A stretch of 63,768 bases of DNA, the filler included, from Phoronis australis (Eukaryota; Animalia; Phoronida): assembly GCA_002633005.1 (NCBI GenBank). It is 4 parts of 4 records of this genome, joined end to end, with 100 filler letters (N's around TTAATTAATTAA, not from the genome) between each part and the next. Parts side by side here need not be neighbours in the genome. Positions count along the whole stretch, not along the records: positions 59,519 to 63,768 come from NMRA01002645.1; 3 more parts are not named here. One strand, given 5' to 3'. Positions 60,179-63,768 of this stretch are shown here, piece after piece; position 1 is the stretch's first letter; each line of letters begins with the position of its first letter. The translations under genes were made by a program, and so were the position numbers. The notes beneath the pieces were generated by a model. The model did not search any database and had not been told where the DNA came from. It saw nothing but the letters and a program-made list of their open reading frames with translations.

Positions 60179-62330
60179 NTTTGAAAATGCGACCTGGGAT
60201 TTTGGCTAGGTCGCAAAATGCGACCTGGCGATTTTAATAGCGTCGAGCCCTGCAAGCAATCAGAGAGATAAGGAATTTGCCAGCAAGTTCACACTTTTGT
60301 ATAGACTTGAGAACAAAGGTGGCCTACCTGTGTTAGTAAGACACCAAATGTAGACCAATGAGATGAGATGAAGCTTCATGTAACCGGGTGATTTGCACAA
60401 GGTTTTAGAAATCTCAACAAATCCACACGCTACTTCGCCAGCACTTCTGAAATTTAACATCAAAGGGTTCAGAACAAGCACTCTCTCATGTCACGAGTAA
60501 CAACACCATCACTCACATGCCTCAGAGACCTCAATCTAATGTCGACATTTACTTCAGCCTAGATAATGTCCTCACTGGCAAGTGCATTGCTTTTCAAGTA
60601 CCACACAAAGTTAAAAGTAACAAAAAATAAACCAGAATGGCAAGTTTCCACACACTTTGCACACAATACGGTGCACATGCGATACTTTTCTGTTTTCAAA
60701 TTCCTTGACAAAAGCACAAATTAAAAATAGTTAATATTAGCTTGGATGCCTTAAAATACCATTTGGTAAAGCCCAATGTATTTGCAGCACGGCAATTAGC
60801 CTTTGAGAATACCAAAAACGCAATTTTGGCAAATTGTTTTGGCGGCGAAATAATCATGAGAATTACTGTAAACTGTGAGGATGAGAATCTCAACTCAAAC
60901 AGACCTGCTCCGTGGAGCTGTTTCCTGGTCATTCTTGAATCGTCAGTACAATCTGAAATGACGCAAGTTAGTTGAGTAACATGCTACACTGTTAGTTGTC
61001 AATAACGAAGACTATTTTCAACACCTCAGTGACCTAGCTCTGTCTACATTCATGATCATGTTACGACAAGCATGGTTCATCACAGGTTTGTTTCATTTAC
61101 ACAATACAGTAGAACCAGGCGACTAAAAACCTTGCCAGGCGTCGTTTCATGAAAATGGTTCAAGACACAATTTGGTTTCACCACCCCACTTCACAATTGC
61201 TCAATAAAGCTTCACCCTAGTAATTATGAGCATATCAATGTATAAGAATAATTCAAAGAAATTATTAACAAGCACTTTTGCATACATTCTCGGACTTTTC
61301 ACTGTTGCTCAAATGAAATAGTTGTGTGGATCATAAGACCAGTCCTTGTATAACTATGAGAAGCAAGTAGTTTCATAGCTGGCGGAATTTGTAAACAATG
61401 GCTTAGACCAATCAGATCATTCAGAATCTGTCACGTGATCATTTCTCCCGAAGTGCAAAACTCTTCTCATGAAAAATGTCAAAATAAATTGAAATACATA
61501 AACGGCAATTTAAAACACAAATGCAATAACGAAAATAGCACTTTGTATCCCGTTTCGGTGACACGTAGAAAATCGCACTCAAGACGGTCAGGCTTAGCAC
61601 TAGCAGCCAACGGCAACGGCCGTGCATGTGGGATCAAACAAAAGAATTTCATACATCACTCACATGCTAGGATTTCAATCCCAACGAATAACCGGTTACA
61701 GTTGAATTTCTTTCAGGAAGCGTTATTTCAAGCGTTTCATCATTTTCAGTTGGTCCTCAGATTCCAACTTTGACCAAGGCGACTTGACCAAGCACAATGT
61801 AATTGTTCCTCTCTCAAAATTTACAGAGCAAAAACCTTGACTTATGTTGTTTGTGAAGACATTGATCGTTTCTTTTATCTGCTTTTCCCACGAAATATAC
61901 AGTCTACTCCACGCTCCATGCATTTTTGACCGCAGACGTCATTGATGTACCAGGCACAGGCACTTGAATTTATTTGTTCCCCGATTGCCGCTGACGTCAC
62001 TCACTACTAAGAAAACATGTTTCTTGTATCAGGGCTTGCAATGGCCTATGACAAAAAGCGGAAATTTTTACGGCCCAAAACGTGTACTTCGCAGCCTTGA
62101 AATAGTCGAAATCGGCCGTTTGCCGACAAAAATCGGGACTAAAAAAAAAAAACGGTGCCACCTCCAGAAGCGTATGTCAGCGTCTTTTTAGCAGGGGCGT
62201 CCACTCCCACCCCCACACATTTTTGGCTGCAGTCATAGTATTTGTCACCGAGGTTTACAATCACAAGGGACGCCATTTAAAAACCCACCATGCTATCCCA
62301 GGTGCCTCGACAATGTTGACAATTTACGTA

Positions 62331-62670
62331 TCCTCCGAAACATAAAGAGCAACTTCCGCTTTTCGAGGTGAAAGTCGTCGGCAACGCCGCGGTAAGAAAT
62401 TAATTTGCAGCGGAAATTTTATATCAAATCAGATTTTTTAACGCGGAAATATAATAAAATACGTGGACAATTACAAGCCTTCTTATATATAGTTTACAAG
62501 TCATCCGGAAATTAGAGCGCCTGTGATCCGCAAGTACAGTTTTCATTCCTCCGAAACATGAAGAGCAGTTTCAGCTTTTCAAGTCGTAAGCTATGCTGCG
62601 GTGAGAAACCAATTTGCCGCGATAATTTCATGGCACATCAGATTATTCCGCGGACAAATGACGTATATAT
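62331..62670. repeat. Two-copy diverged tandem duplication (~215-bp period)
   Basis: TCCTCCGAAACAT.AAGAGCA..TTC.GCTTTTC at ~62331 and ~62547. Confidence 0.65.
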
Positions 62671-62703
62671 GCGGAGGGAATAAAAAAATGAAAGCGCTCT
62701 GAG

Positions 62704-62998
62704 GAGCGAAACTTGGCGAAATTAACTAAAAAGATGACGATAAAGATGATGACGAATATGACGACGATGGTGGCGAGGATGAACAAAAGAAGTAATAATA
62801 ACATACACATGACGAACGTAGAAGTCTGAAATCAGTAAGAAAAAGGCTACAGTCTTGAGCGACACTTGGCGAAATTAACGGAAAAGACGACGGAGATGAT
62901 GACAAATATGATGGTGGTAGCGATGATGAACAACATCACAACATTCATATGACGAACTTAGATGTCATAAATCAATAAGAAATAGGATACAGTCTACT
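62704..62998. repeat. Two-copy ~155-bp tandem duplication with GAC/GAT-rich core
   Basis: GAGCGA.ACTTGGCGAAATTAAC...ATGACGAAC.TAGA.GTC...TACAGTCT occurs twice. Confidence 0.75.
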
Positions 62999-63027
62999 TC
63001 AATAGAAGATAAACCAACATCAATGCA

Positions 63028-63768
63028 GCAAGAGCGCTCAACAAAGGAACAGCGTTATCAGAAAATCTCAAATAACTCGAAAAGTTGACGTCCTAGCGAA
63101 AAATGGAAAACATCTTCTGAAAGCCCGTTCAAAATTCTGTCTAAATTGATGGTATCGCCTAATTCCGTAAATTTTTCGAAAAAAAATGAAATTTTGCGTT
63201 TTTTTAAGAAATTCAAAGTCAAATAACTCGAAAACGGTAAGTCTGAGAAAAAAATTGTTACAGGCCATTTGAAAGAATATACTTCAAAGAATCCACATGC
63301 AAAAATCACGTCTTTTTCTCTTCCCGTTTAAAATCGCACTCCAGCACGACTGAAAATGGGTCAACATGCGCCAGATCCGCCATCTTGAGAGAAACTTCCG
63401 GTTTTTTGGGTATATATAATAGCATGTCATAAAAAACTAAAATCCGTAAAGTTTCAAAAGAATTGGCCTTATAATGCGCCCTCTACAGGAGAAAACGTTT
63501 TAGGCCAAAATCGAGGTGCGCATGCGCGATCGCCGATATTTCCGCCATCTTTAACCGGAAGTGAACAATTTCCGGTATACTTGTAGCAAACTTCCGTTAC
63601 ATTTACTGTGCCGATTCTTAGCTTTTTACGTAAAAAATTGTAGCCTCCAGAAGCATTTGAACCTTTAAATGAAAACAAAATGGCCGCCACAGCCGCCATC
63701 TTGGATCCGATTTCGACGAAAAATAATAGGCTTCCAGTACTTCCGGTAGTGCGTGTTATGTGTAAATT
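63028..63768 (+). repeat. Interspersed repeat (HINE-like), copy 2, runs off the window
   Basis: Begins AGCAAGAGCGCTC; colinear with 59519-60178. Confidence 0.78.

Noticed and set aside
60250-61990. Coding-like minus-strand stretches (e.g. SHDYFAAKTICQNC; KNAWSVE.TVYFVGKADKR)
   Set aside because: Possibly a very old transposon ORF, but too degraded to assign by eye.

Overview
AT-rich, intron-containing animal genomic DNA, probably from a marine invertebrate (inferred from gene and transposon content). It is a scaffold of four contigs joined by 100-nt N gaps that carry an artificial TTAATTAATTAA linker. Host genes, all on the + strand: a disrupted C-type lectin domain (four exons, 5300-6898), the last five exons of an SLC5A8/12/6-like sodium:solute symporter (13894-18371), and the three terminal exons of an F5/8 type C (discoidin) domain gene (30138-31312). 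Most of the rest is transposon-derived: P-element-like CATAG-ended THAP elements, Kolobok derivatives, a TTAA-ended element in two inverted copies, a truncated Gmr1-like Gypsy element, a CR1/L2-type LINE 3' fragment, Helentron-like tandem-repeat elements and MITEs. The best candidate for something new is a 3.87-kb P-like non-autonomous element (44105-47974, 7-bp TSD TTTAGAT). It carries an intronless, non-histone C4HC3 PHD-like zinc-finger ORF (47168-47485). E2F/CCAAT-type motifs precede the ORF, and two canonical histone-mRNA 3' stem-loops plus an HDE-like tract follow it directly. An in-phase U_UUU_UUA slippery site links it to an upstream basic ORF. All calls come from manual reading; no database searches were run, and TE family names are inferences.
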